Shown here: one piece after another, positions 55,132 to 64,000 of the stretch | Layout: each line of letters opens with the position of its first letter | Position numbering within the stretch: the first letter of the stretch is position 1 | NCBI GenBank assembly: GCA_045606385.1 | Contig: JAZURX010000068.1 | Coordinates: 7,659 to 71,658 of the forward strand | Source of the DNA: Bacteroidales bacterium | GTDB lineage: Bacteria; Bacteroidota; Bacteroidia; Bacteroidales; UBA11471 | Length of the DNA stretch: 64,000 nt | Direction of reading: 5' to 3' | The notes under the pieces: model-generated | Told to the model about the DNA's origin: nothing | Database searches by the model: none | Seen by the model: the letters and a program-made list of their open reading frames with translations, nothing else | Program-made: the position numbers and the translations under genes

Positions 55132-55686
55132 ATGTCGTACACATATAACGAAGAGAACATCGTAGCCCAATTGCAAGACCCACGCCGATGTCGGTCTGCA
55201 TTCGGAGAAGTGGTGCGACATTACAGCGAATCGCTATATTGGCAGATACGAAAAATGGTAATCTCGCATGACGATGCCGACGATATACTCCAAAATACAT
55301 TTCTCAAAGCTTGGCAAAGTATCGGTTATTTCAGAGGTGATGCCCGCATATCGACATGGTTGTATCGTATAGCAGTAAATGAGACTCTTACATTTCTGGC
55401 AAAACAGCGTCAACAAAACAATGTTCCCATCGACGGAGAAGATTCATTCCTCATAGAACAACTCGAGAGCGACAAATGGTTCGATGGAGATGAAGCACAG
55501 AAACTATTGCAGGAGGCCATTGTGCGTCTTCCGGAAAAGCAACGACTCATATTCAATATGCACTATTTCGACGAATTGAAATACGAGGAGATTTCACGCA
55601 TATTGGGAACATCGGTTGGTGGACTGAAAGCCTCATATCATCATGCCGTAAAAAAAATAGAAGAATATTTAACATCAAATAATTAA
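55132..55686 (+). CDS. RNA polymerase ECF-type sigma-70 family factor
   Basis: Region 2 (DDILQNTFLKAW...RISTWLYRIAVN) and region 4 HTH (YEEISRILGTSVGGLKASYHHAVKKI). Confidence 0.9.
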   Translation: MSYTYNEENIVAQLQDPRRCRSAFGEVVRHYSESLYWQIRKMVISHDDADDILQNTFLKAWQSIGYFRGDARISTWLYRIAVNETLTFLAKQRQQNNVPIDGEDSFLIEQLESDKWFDGDEAQKLLQEAIVRLPEKQRLIFNMHYFDELKYEEISRILGTSVGGLKASYHHAVKKIEEYLTSNN

Positions 55687-55726
55687 ACCTTTATCTAAAA
55701 TATAAGTCTAATAACAAAAAGATATT

Positions 55727-56080
55727 ATGGGAAAGAAACACGAAATATGGCAACAAGTTGATCGTCGGCACGGATTTACCGAGCCGGGCAACGACTATTT
55801 CGAGAAGTTCTCCGCCCGATTAATGGACAACCTGCCCGAGCCGGAGTTTCCCGAACAAAAGCCTATTACCTTGTGGTCACGCATACAGCCATGGGTATAT
55901 ATGGCAGCAATGTTTGCAGGCATAGCATTGGTGGTACGTATCTTCACCACTCCATCGACAGAGACAGACCTATACTCCGAAGAACCCTGTTACGAAGAAT
56001 ACTACGAGGAACTTATATGGTCATCTAATGTCAGTGATTGCGCTGTATATGAATACATTGCCGATGTATACGAGCATTAA
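55727..56080 (+). CDS. Hypothetical single-pass membrane protein, candidate anti-sigma factor
   Basis: 117 aa with one TM helix (PWVYMAAMFAGIALVVRIF), located immediately downstream of the ECF sigma gene. The call rests on position only. Confidence 0.5.
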   Translation: MGKKHEIWQQVDRRHGFTEPGNDYFEKFSARLMDNLPEPEFPEQKPITLWSRIQPWVYMAAMFAGIALVVRIFTTPSTETDLYSEEPCYEEYYEELIWSSNVSDCAVYEYIADVYEH

Positions 56081-56188
56081 GATCTGAAATCTTTTGAAAA
56101 ATCATTTCTAGTTTCCATTTCAAAATTTAAGTAATACTAATAACACTACCTGAAAATATTATCAATAAGCACATAAATCGTTATAGCC

Positions 56189-56812
56189 ATGCGTAATACA
56201 TTTATACTCATATTATTACTATGTGTTTTTTCTTTTACCTCCATATCGGCACAAGAAAAATTATTGACCACACCCGAGGCCGAAGTTTTACTGAAAAAGG
56301 CCACGGAAAAATACGAAAGAGAAAAGGCCGCCTTTGATGCACTATCGAGTAGAGAAGATAAAGAAAAAGCACGTAAAAATCTGCGTAGCGCGGGCTGGGA
56401 AGTCGGAAAATACCGTATAGAGCTTTTCAAATCACGCAAAAGAGATTTTATACGCCAACAAGCCAATCTCAGCGAAGAAGATGCCAATCGATTCTTTCCG
56501 GTATATGAAGAGTTGCAAGACACAATATTCCGTCTCAATGACAAAGTGCAACGTGCAACAAAACGAATACTACGTTCAAAAGAAAAAATTTCTGATGCCG
56601 ATTACCTTGCCATAACAAAACAGCGCATTGATGCAGATGCCACAAAAGCACAAATACAAGCACAATATTACGAAGAGTTCAAAAAAATACTCTCACCCAA
56701 AAAATTATTGTTGATGTACGATGCAGATTCTCGATTTTCACATGAAATGATTCGACGCCAAGAGCAACGCAAACCACAAGCATCGTCGCCATCACATACT
56801 CATAAAAAATAA
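56189..56812 (+). CDS. Periplasmic alpha-helical protein, Spy/CpxP-like
   Basis: Signal peptide and charged helical repeats, with LSEEDANRFFPVYEELQ resembling the periplasmic Spy/heavy-metal-sensor family. It is the third gene of the ECF module. Confidence 0.5.
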   Translation: MRNTFILILLLCVFSFTSISAQEKLLTTPEAEVLLKKATEKYEREKAAFDALSSREDKEKARKNLRSAGWEVGKYRIELFKSRKRDFIRQQANLSEEDANRFFPVYEELQDTIFRLNDKVQRATKRILRSKEKISDADYLAITKQRIDADATKAQIQAQYYEEFKKILSPKKLLLMYDADSRFSHEMIRRQEQRKPQASSPSHTHKK

Positions 56813-56865
56813 TAATTATCAGATGATAAAGGAATTGTCCCACATAGAATAGGCAACTCTCTTTT

Positions 56866-57399
56866 TTATTTCCTGCTAACTATCTTCTGCAATCCGATAA
56901 TCGTTTCGTAGTGGTCGTTGCGCAATACCCAATCACGAAACTCGGCACATCGCACAAAACCTTCACTCTCGAACAGAGATAAACTCGCTTCGTTGTTTAC
57001 CGCCACTTGGGCATAGAGTTGGTGCAATTGCAGAAAGTCAAAAGCATATATACACAATAATTTCAAAGCCTCACGAGCCACACCGGCCCGACGATATTCG
57101 TGCGCCACATACACCCCGACAGAGGCACGCCGATGCAACGGATCAAAATCAAACAAATCAATCATTCCATAGAGAGCTTCGTCGTTATTACTCGCTATCA
57201 TGAGTCGCAATTGTCGCGATTGATAAATGTCTTGCGACACACTTTCTTCGATATATCTGTGTATTGCATAACGCGAATATGGAGCCAACGTACAACCATC
57301 GCCCCACTGTGCGGAGTCGTTTTCCCACGCATAAATCACACGCATATCTTCAGGTTCGGGAGCACGCAAATGAAGTCGTTCGTTTATAAGATACTGCAT
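56866..57399 (-). CDS. GNAT family N-acetyltransferase (RimJ/RimL-like)
   Basis: Acetyl-CoA motif YRRAGVAREALKLL; 177 aa. Confidence 0.85.
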   Translation of the reverse strand: MQYLINERLHLRAPEPEDMRVIYAWENDSAQWGDGCTLAPYSRYAIHRYIEESVSQDIYQSRQLRLMIASNNDEALYGMIDLFDFDPLHRRASVGVYVAHEYRRAGVAREALKLLCIYAFDFLQLHQLYAQVAVNNEASLSLFESEGFVRCAEFRDWVLRNDHYETIIGLQKIVSRK

Positions 57400-57404
57400 A
57401 ATCG

Positions 57405-58040
57405 CTATTGATTGTATATTGTAAATCTAACCTTTTCTCGAGTAAGAAGTGATATGGTTTTCGGAGACGGATTTACCAAAAAATTCTGTCCATCACGGTT
57501 GGCACGAAGTATAGGCAAATCGTCGATATGGTCAGTAAACACCTCACTCATATCAACATTGTTTTTTTGTAGAACGTTCTCTATATTACACAACTTTTCT
57601 TCGCTTTTATTCTCCTTCCAATGCAAAAAAGACACATTGGGCATTGATGTGGCACAACAAGCGTCAAACCCCAAGCGTGATGCCAGGATCTGAGCATAAC
57701 TGTCGGGAGCTGCCGTAGCCATACATATATAGCACCCAGTTAACCGACGGCTACAAATATCCTCGACAAGGCACAAATATATCTTCGTTGCCAAAATATC
57801 GACCAAACGCGACAAACGCTCGTCGGTCATAAATCGACGTGTCAATCGCAAAATATAATATTTCATGTATTTATGAGAAACTATACGTGCACGACGCATA
57901 CCGACATACCAAAGCAACTCGCAAACGATGTCGAATCGCAATGTTTTGAAAGCCTCCTTCATTACAAAAACCACATACATCTCGAAACTATTTCCTTGCA
58001 GGAGCGTTCCGTCTAAGTCTACTATTACTCCTCGTTTCAT
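57405..58040 (-). CDS. HAD superfamily hydrolase (subfamily IB-like)
   Basis: N-terminal motif I VDLDGTL and a C-terminal Asp-containing motif (FTDHIDDLP). Confidence 0.7.
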   Translation of the reverse strand: MKRGVIVDLDGTLLQGNSFEMYVVFVMKEAFKTLRFDIVCELLWYVGMRRARIVSHKYMKYYILRLTRRFMTDERLSRLVDILATKIYLCLVEDICSRRLTGCYICMATAAPDSYAQILASRLGFDACCATSMPNVSFLHWKENKSEEKLCNIENVLQKNNVDMSEVFTDHIDDLPILRANRDGQNFLVNPSPKTISLLTREKVRFTIYNQ

Positions 58041-58621
58041 TGCTTCATATCATTAGACCATGGGAAACGTATCAGCACGCAATCATTATACAAATAATAG
58101 TCGGCCTCCATATCCGGAGATGGATTGGTTATCGTAAGTACAGCCGTTCTTATTTCGCAACCCGGAAAATTTTTATCGATATAATCATAAGCGCATCGCA
58201 ATGTAGTTCCGGAATCGAGAGCATCGTCGACAATCAACACCCGAGAGGCATGAGATGAGAGCAGTTCCGAAACGTTTTTAGGCGGATTCATCGAAAAATT
58301 TCGTTCTTTCGTCCCAGGGAAAAGACGTAACCACCAAGATTCAAATTTGCGTAACGCATCAAGGATGACACGGGGGAAAAGAGAGAGTAACGCTCTTTTT
58401 TTTGACTTTGTTCCGGGACGTGAAGCAGAAGCTTCTACATACATGAGCATAGGCTTTGCTTTTTGCATATAGGTAAAAAGAAGCCGTCCCACCCTATCGC
58501 CACCGGTGGCAATACCCACAATTACATCGGGATCAAACGATTTGCATACCTTGGTGACCAATTGTCTACAAGCTCGAACCAAAGCCTCATTATCCAGTGT
58601 GATTACGCGCATATCTTTCAA
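58037..58621 (-). CDS. Phosphoribosyltransferase-domain protein with internal insertion
   Basis: PRPP-binding motif [14 protein letters not shown]. About 95 aa separate GIATGG from the PRPP loop. A 4-nt overlap occurs at both ends with recR and the HAD gene. Confidence 0.75.
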   Translation of the reverse strand: MKDMRVITLDNEALVRACRQLVTKVCKSFDPDVIVGIATGGDRVGRLLFTYMQKAKPMLMYVEASASRPGTKSKKRALLSLFPRVILDALRKFESWWLRLFPGTKERNFSMNPPKNVSELLSSHASRVLIVDDALDSGTTLRCAYDYIDKNFPGCEIRTAVLTITNPSPDMEADYYLYNDCVLIRFPWSNDMKQ

Positions 58622-59244
58622 CTATGAAATGTCTCGTCGAAAGGCAACCTGTTGACAATGGATCGTCCCAAAGTCACTTCGTCGGTATACTCCAATTCAT
58701 CACCTATGGAAACACCCCGAGCAAGAATAGAGACCTTGACTTGATAAGGAGCCAACTTACGGAAGATATAAAAATTGGTGGTATCGCCTTCCATTGTAGG
58801 GCTTAGTGCCAAGATTACCTCTTTTACCTCGCCCGAAGCGACACGCGAAACCAATGAATCTATCTCTATATCAGATGGTCCGATTCCGTCCATAGGCGAA
58901 ATTATGCCCCCCAGCACATGATAGAGTCCACGATATTGGCGAGTATTTTCCACAACCATCACCTCTTTGATATTCTCGACCACACACACTATCGAGCGGT
59001 CACGCGAAATATCGGAACAAATCGCACACGTTTCTGCATCGGAGATATTATGACACACATTACAATAATGCACTTCATTGCGCAGACGTATTATCGCATT
59101 TCCAAAACTCTCGGCAACAGTTTCATCTTGGCGTAAAAGATGCAATACCAATCGCAATGCAGTTTTGCGACCGATACCGGGAAGTTTGGAAAATTCATTC
59201 ACTGCATTCTCCAAAAGAGGCGATGCAAAAGGCTGTGTATCCAT
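58618..59244 (-). CDS. recR: Recombination protein RecR
   Basis: HhH motif, zinc finger [16 protein letters not shown] and a Toprim domain. Confidence 0.95.
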   Translation of the reverse strand: MDTQPFASPLLENAVNEFSKLPGIGRKTALRLVLHLLRQDETVAESFGNAIIRLRNEVHYCNVCHNISDAETCAICSDISRDRSIVCVVENIKEVMVVENTRQYRGLYHVLGGIISPMDGIGPSDIEIDSLVSRVASGEVKEVILALSPTMEGDTTNFYIFRKLAPYQVKVSILARGVSIGDELEYTDEVTLGRSIVNRLPFDETFHS

Positions 59245-59247
59245 TGA

Positions 59248-61254
59248 TTATGTTTTTTCTTGTATAAATCCGTTACGATAAGCCGCCAACAGTTTATTGA
59301 GATTATATATTTGTTTTTCGAGTTCACGTCCTATATCGGTATCACGCACCATCATACGTTGCTGACTCAGTTCGAGCAATATATTGGTAGATATAATGTC
59401 TATACCATCTTCGATGGCTTTCTGTGTCGACTCAAACGGCTCATGTTGTACCAATTCCAAACCGCGCGAATGAAAAATCAGCGTATAACCGGCAATACCT
59501 GTCGTAGGTTGATAAGCCTTAGAAAATCCTCCATCAATAACCAACAATTTTCCATCGGCTTTGACAGGCTTTTCACCTTTCAAAATTCTTACCGGCACAT
59601 GACCGTTTATGATATGAGAGTGACGATTGGTAAGTCCGAATTCAGCCAATATCATTTCACAGACTTTACGCTCGTCGTTGAGTTTATAATAGGCTGTCTT
59701 TTGCTCCTTCCACAACTCTTTATCATCGGTAAAATATCGCTCAAAAGTCGCCATCTTGTCTTTACCGAATGAAGGCGCATCTTCTCCACACCATAAATAC
59801 CATATATAGTCGAGAGCATACTGCTTATCCTCCCCATCTACCCCGAAATAGGCCAATCGTATGAGCTGATCGATTTTATCGAGCAAGGCTTTCCCTTTAT
59901 ACATTTTACCTTGTATTGAGACATCTTTCAATGTTCCATCGTCGTTGAGAGGGATAGAAGCATGGTAAAGCAAATTGTTGTTACGAACCAAATACATGCT
60001 GCCATAAGAAAATAAACATCGCATGTGCTTACGCAACTTTTCGCTATTGATAAAAGAATGACGCAGACGATTGACAAGCACTTTTTCGTCGGGAGTGAGT
60101 GCAAACGGGTCTTGGGGATCAATAGTCGGGAATATTTTATCGGTAAGTTCATATTCCGCACCATCGAGAATGAGCACACCACGTTCATAATCGATTTTAT
60201 CGAGCAACAAGCGACTATCCATTTTGAAATCGGGATGCTCGAGTATCAGTTGCGACTCGAGTTTGAATTGTATGATGGTAATAGCCTTATGCATTTGAGC
60301 CAAAAGTCGTCGTGTTTTATCGTCGAGTGAGGCTTCCAAGTCCTTAGGCATAAAGAGAGTACAGGGATCGTCTTTATAGTGTTCTATGGCAAATGTAGCC
60401 AATGGCACAAGATTTATACCGTAACCATCTTCGAGTGTAGCATGGTTGCCATATCGCATCGACATACGTATCACATTGGCAATGCAACTATCATTGCCCG
60501 AAGCTGCCCCCATCCACAAAATATCGTGATTACCCCACTGTATGTCAAAATTATGATAATTACACAACTTATCCATAATAATCTCGGCACCGGGACCACG
60601 GTCGAAAATATCGCCCACAATATGCAATGTATCGATGGTCAATCGTTGTATAAGGTTACAAATAGCACAGATACATTCGTCGGCGCGTCCCGTAGAAATA
60701 ATAGAGGTAATAATGGCATTGATATAAGCCTGCTTGTTGGGATCGATTTGCGACTCATGCAACAACTCTTTGAGAATATATGAATACTCTTGAGGCAAAG
60801 CTTTATGGACTTTGGAACGAGTATATTTCGACGACACATTCTGACATACACGTATCAATTGGTGCATCGTGATACGATACCAATCTTCCATATCTTTCTC
60901 TTCGGACTTAACAAGTTCGAGTTTCTGTTCGGGATAATAGATAAGAGTACACAACTCTTTCAACTCGCTCTCACGCAATGTCTGTCCGAAAATCTCTGCC
61001 ACTTTACGGCGCACCGACCCGGAAGCGTTTTTCAATACATGTATAAAAGCCTCATACTCTCCGTGCAGATCGGTAAGAAAATGTTCGGTACCTTTGGGCA
61101 GATTGAGTATTGCTTCAAGGTTTATGATTTCGGTACATGCCTCGGATATAGTTGGGAATCTTGTCGCCAACAATTGCAGGTATCGCAAGTCGTCGAATAC
61201 CGATTGGGGTGTAATAGGCGGTCGTTTTTCCATATCAAGTTTTGTTTTGAGCAC
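59248..61254 (-). CDS. fbp: Fructose-1,6-bisphosphatase, class 3
   Basis: 668 aa. Metallophosphoesterase motifs HIVGDIFDRGP and WGNHDILW; length and layout are typical of class 3 FBPase. Confidence 0.93.
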   Translation of the reverse strand: MLKTKLDMEKRPPITPQSVFDDLRYLQLLATRFPTISEACTEIINLEAILNLPKGTEHFLTDLHGEYEAFIHVLKNASGSVRRKVAEIFGQTLRESELKELCTLIYYPEQKLELVKSEEKDMEDWYRITMHQLIRVCQNVSSKYTRSKVHKALPQEYSYILKELLHESQIDPNKQAYINAIITSIISTGRADECICAICNLIQRLTIDTLHIVGDIFDRGPGAEIIMDKLCNYHNFDIQWGNHDILWMGAASGNDSCIANVIRMSMRYGNHATLEDGYGINLVPLATFAIEHYKDDPCTLFMPKDLEASLDDKTRRLLAQMHKAITIIQFKLESQLILEHPDFKMDSRLLLDKIDYERGVLILDGAEYELTDKIFPTIDPQDPFALTPDEKVLVNRLRHSFINSEKLRKHMRCLFSYGSMYLVRNNNLLYHASIPLNDDGTLKDVSIQGKMYKGKALLDKIDQLIRLAYFGVDGEDKQYALDYIWYLWCGEDAPSFGKDKMATFERYFTDDKELWKEQKTAYYKLNDERKVCEMILAEFGLTNRHSHIINGHVPVRILKGEKPVKADGKLLVIDGGFSKAYQPTTGIAGYTLIFHSRGLELVQHEPFESTQKAIEDGIDIISTNILLELSQQRMMVRDTDIGRELEKQIYNLNKLLAAYRNGFIQEKT

Positions 61255-61305
61255 TCAAAAGTAACTCTTTTTTTTACAATAACAGCCCGAAAAGCAACTT
61301 CTCAG

Positions 61306-61313
61306 TCAAAAAT
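61306..61313 (-). promoter_or_regulatory. -7 promoter box (TAttTTTG) for the fbp-recR operon
   Basis: The reverse complement of caaaaata matches TAnnTTTG, about 52 nt upstream of the fbp start. Confidence 0.45.
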
Positions 61314-61350
61314 AGACCTTTTTTTTATATTATTTACTGGAAAAACTTAT

Positions 61351-61358
61351 TACTTTTG
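61351..61358 (+). promoter_or_regulatory. -7 promoter box (TActTTTG) for engB
   Basis: Matches TAnnTTTG, 24 nt upstream of the ATG at 61382. Confidence 0.45.
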
Positions 61359-61381
61359 TAAAGTATTAAACGGAAGTATCC

Positions 61382-61996
61382 ATGGAAATAAAGTCAGCAC
61401 GATTTGTAATAAGCAATACCGATATAAAAAAATGTCCTGCCGGTGACCGTCCCGAGTACGCATTTATCGGCCGCTCCAATGTAGGCAAATCTTCGCTCAT
61501 CAACATGCTCACCAACCGCAAAGGGTTGGCGATGACCTCCTCCACACCGGGAAAAACGATGCTTATCAACCATTTCGATATAGATGACTCTTGGTATATC
61601 GTCGACCTGCCAGGATATGGCTATGCCCGTCGCGGGAAAGAAGGACGCGAAAACATTCGCCGTATCATCGAAACATATATTTTGGGGCGCGAATCGATGA
61701 CTTGCTTGTTTGTACTCATCGACAGTCGCCATGAAGCTCAAAAAATAGACCTCGAATTTATCAATTGGCTCGGTGAGAACGGAATTCCTTTCGCCATAAT
61801 ATTCACGAAAGCCGATAAATTGGGGGTCGTACGCTTACAAGAAAATATAGAAGCATATAAAAAACGATTACTCGAAGAGTGGGAAGAGCTTCCCCCCATA
61901 TTCGTCACATCATCAGAAAAAAGCCTTGGTCGTAAAGATGTTCTCGACTACATCGGTAACCTCAACGAAATGGCAAGGAACAATTTCTCCGAATAA
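61382..61996 (+). CDS. engB: Ribosome biogenesis GTP-binding protein YsxC/EngB
   Basis: G1 [13 protein letters not shown]3 DLPGYGYA and G4 TKADK motifs. Confidence 0.93.
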   Translation: MEIKSARFVISNTDIKKCPAGDRPEYAFIGRSNVGKSSLINMLTNRKGLAMTSSTPGKTMLINHFDIDDSWYIVDLPGYGYARRGKEGRENIRRIIETYILGRESMTCLFVLIDSRHEAQKIDLEFINWLGENGIPFAIIFTKADKLGVVRLQENIEAYKKRLLEEWEELPPIFVTSSEKSLGRKDVLDYIGNLNEMARNNFSE

Positions 61997-62030
61997 AACA
62001 ACCTAAATCAAATTATATAAAACAAAAGAT

Positions 62031-62492
62031 ATGAGTTCTTGGTTCGAATGTAAAGTAAAATACGATAAAGAGGTAGAAGGTGGCATGCAAAAGAGCGTAA
62101 GCGAGCCCTATATAGTCGATGCACTCTCTTTCACCGAAGCCGAAGCACGCATCATCGAAGAGATGCGTCCATTTATATCTGGAGAATTCAGCGTTGCAAA
62201 CATCAAACGTGTAAAAGTAAGTGAAATGTTTTTTGACGAGACCGGAGACAAATGGTATCGTTGCAAAGTAAACTACATCACTCTCGACGAGAAAAGCGGC
62301 CTCGAAAAACGTACCGCCTCATACATAATGGTACAAGCCATAGACTTCAAAACAGCACTCAATAACCTGCTGAAAGCGATGCAAGGGACTATGGCTGATT
62401 ATGAAGTAGCCGCCATTACCGAAACCCCAATTATGGATGTATACCGCTATGATGCCGATGCAGTACCTGCAGCCGAAACACCGAAAGAATAG
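62031..62492 (+). CDS. DUF4494 domain-containing protein
   Basis: 153 aa. The MSSWFECKVKYDKE... N-terminus and overall pattern resemble the Bacteroidetes-conserved DUF4494 family. Confidence 0.7.
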   Translation: MSSWFECKVKYDKEVEGGMQKSVSEPYIVDALSFTEAEARIIEEMRPFISGEFSVANIKRVKVSEMFFDETGDKWYRCKVNYITLDEKSGLEKRTASYIMVQAIDFKTALNNLLKAMQGTMADYEVAAITETPIMDVYRYDADAVPAAETPKE

Positions 62493-62495
62493 CAT

Positions 62496-63164
62496 ATGAA
62501 AGAAATAGCCCGTAATATTGCCATTGTAAAATCGGAATTACCACCTCAAGCACGATTGGTGGCAGTATCGAAATTTCATGCCGTTGAGTCTTTACAAGAG
62601 GCATATGATGCCGGGCAACGTATCTTCGGAGAAAGTCGCGTACAAGAACTACTCGCAAAGCAAGCAATCATGCCTGCCGATACCGAATGGCACTTTATCG
62701 GGCATTTACAGACCAACAAAGTGCGTCAAATAGTACCTTTCATAGGGCTTATACATAGCATCGACTCTCCTCGCCTACTGATAGAGATAGAGAAAGAGGC
62801 CGCTCGTTGCAACAGAGTCATAGACTGCTTATTACAACTACACATTGCCGAAGAAGATTCCAAATACGGATTTTCATTCGACGAATGTAGAAGTTTCTTG
62901 GCATCGAACGTATGGAAAGAAATGGAACACATACGCTTATGCGGAGTAATGGGTATGGCCACATACACCGATTGCGAAACAACTATACGAAAAGAGTTTG
63001 CCTCGTTGCAAACATTCTTCTCCGAAATAAAAGCAGACTTCTTTCCCAACGAAGATTCATTTTGCGAAATATCAATGGGTATGTCACATGACTATCATAT
63101 AGCCGCCGAATACGGTTCTACCTTGATAAGAGTGGGCAGTCTCATCTTTGGAGAAAGGATATAA
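62496..63164 (+). CDS. yggS: YggS family pyridoxal phosphate homeostasis protein
   Basis: PLP lysine in VAVSKFH, plus HFIGHLQTNK and the GMSHDY...IRVGS motifs. Confidence 0.92.
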   Translation: MKEIARNIAIVKSELPPQARLVAVSKFHAVESLQEAYDAGQRIFGESRVQELLAKQAIMPADTEWHFIGHLQTNKVRQIVPFIGLIHSIDSPRLLIEIEKEAARCNRVIDCLLQLHIAEEDSKYGFSFDECRSFLASNVWKEMEHIRLCGVMGMATYTDCETTIRKEFASLQTFFSEIKADFFPNEDSFCEISMGMSHDYHIAAEYGSTLIRVGSLIFGERI

Positions 63165-63223
63165 ATGATTATAAATACCTCTACAATGGAATAGACTCAT
63201 TTGTAGATTTTAATATTAATAGT

Positions 63224-64000
63224 ATGACAAATCTAATCGAAAAAACACAGTCCGGCCTTATTCCGGCCGACTTCGATACCGTTATTGACGGGAAAAAAGT
63301 TTCTCTCTACCGACTTACAAACGAGAATGGAGCAGAGATATGTATAACAAACTTTGGCGGTATTGTTGTAACCTTGCTTGTCCCCGATTGCAATGGCAAT
63401 ATGACCGATGTAGTATTAGGGCACAACACCATCGACGAATATCTGCATACCCCCGAAAAATACCTCGGAGCATTGATAGGTCGCTATGGCAACCGCATAG
63501 GTCGTTGCCAATTCAACCTCGATGGTAATACGTATGAAATACGTTCGAACAACCCCGATTGCGCTCTGCACGGTGGTATTAAAGGATATAACGAAGTCGT
63601 ATGGGACGCCAAACAAATAGATGCGCAAACCTTACACCTTACATACCTCTCGGTCGATGGAGAAGAAGGATTCCCTGGTAATTTGAAAATAGACGTTACA
63701 TACCGTCTTACCGACGACAATGCCATGGATATTCAATATCGCGCCACTACCGATAAAGCTACGGTATGTAACCCCACACATCATTCATTTTTCAACCTCA
63801 ACGGAGATGGCGGCGGCGAAGTAACCAATCACATCGTAACCATCGATGCGCCATTCTATACCCCAATGGATGACAAATCGGTACCGACAGGCGAAATAGC
63901 TCCGGTAGCAGGCACGCCGATGAGTTTCCTCTCACCTATAGCCGTAGGCGATCGTATTGACGATGACTTCGAACAGCTACTATTCGGCCGCGGATACGAC
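63224..64000 (+). CDS. galM: Aldose 1-epimerase (galactose mutarotase), 3' end beyond window
   Basis: My translation from the ATG at 63224 is open to the window end. It contains GRYGNRI, ALHGG, SVDGEEGFPG and NPTHHSFFNL motifs. The ORF is absent from the track because it has no stop in the window. Confidence 0.88.
   Translation, partial: MTNLIEKTQSGLIPADFDTVIDGKKVSLYRLTNENGAEICITNFGGIVVTLLVPDCNGNMTDVVLGHNTIDEYLHTPEKYLGALIGRYGNRIGRCQFNLDGNTYEIRSNNPDCALHGGIKGYNEVVWDAKQIDAQTLHLTYLSVDGEEGFPGNLKIDVTYRLTDDNAMDIQYRATTDKATVCNPTHHSFFNLNGDGGGEVTNHIVTIDAPFYTPMDDKSVPTGEIAPVAGTPMSFLSPIAVGDRIDDDFEQLLFGRGYD

Noticed and set aside
1-64000. Search for CRISPR arrays, tRNA/rRNA genes, IS elements, integrases, and toxin-antitoxin or classical defence islands.
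   Set aside because: I saw no regularly spaced direct repeats with unique spacers and no cloverleaf-compatible sequence in the intergenic gaps. No transposase, integrase or restriction-type ORF was seen either. The only repeats found are the roughly 85-bp intergenic units reported above.

Overview
This 64-kb window looks like a chromosomal segment of a Bacteroidota genome, probably order Bacteroidales; the family cannot be resolved by eye. The evidence is a fused SecDF, a frdCAB-type fumarate reductase/succinate dehydrogenase with a single cytochrome b subunit, class 3 FBPase, DUF1573/DUF4494/DUF975 genes, TAnnTTTG -7 promoter boxes and T9SS C-terminal sorting domains. I call about 50 protein-coding genes, almost all ordinary housekeeping genes (ctp, hup, frdCAB, purD, secDF, metK, metY, comM, meaB, fabI, cdd, dnaX, recR, fbp, engB, yggS, galM). 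Glycoside hydrolase genes (GH43, GH95, GH36, GH3, GH10) are interspersed without any SusC/SusD pair in the window. I found no rRNA, tRNA, CRISPR array, integrase, transposase or obvious prophage. Five things are worth a second look. (1) A dispersed and locally tandem intergenic repeat of about 85 bp, with an invariant 13-mer ATTTCTCGCTCGT and TAnnTTTG-like boxes, fills most of the large intergenic gaps. (2) An overlapping three-gene operon encodes a degenerate GNAT-like protein, an IbrA-like PP-loop ATPase (PAPS-reductase fold) and an IbrB-like ParB/Srx protein; this is DndC/DndB-like logic without any other Dnd or restriction partner. (3) A 1147-aa T9SS cargo protein has a GH43 module that appears inserted between blade 1 and blades 2-7 of a seven-repeat FG-GAP propeller. 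(4) A frameshifted and 5'-truncated YajG-like/PEGA lipoprotein gene abuts a GH10-GH3 xylanase pair. (5) A TlpA-like thioredoxin-fold lipoprotein has lost both CxxC cysteines. All family assignments come from motif recognition by eye; no database search was run.
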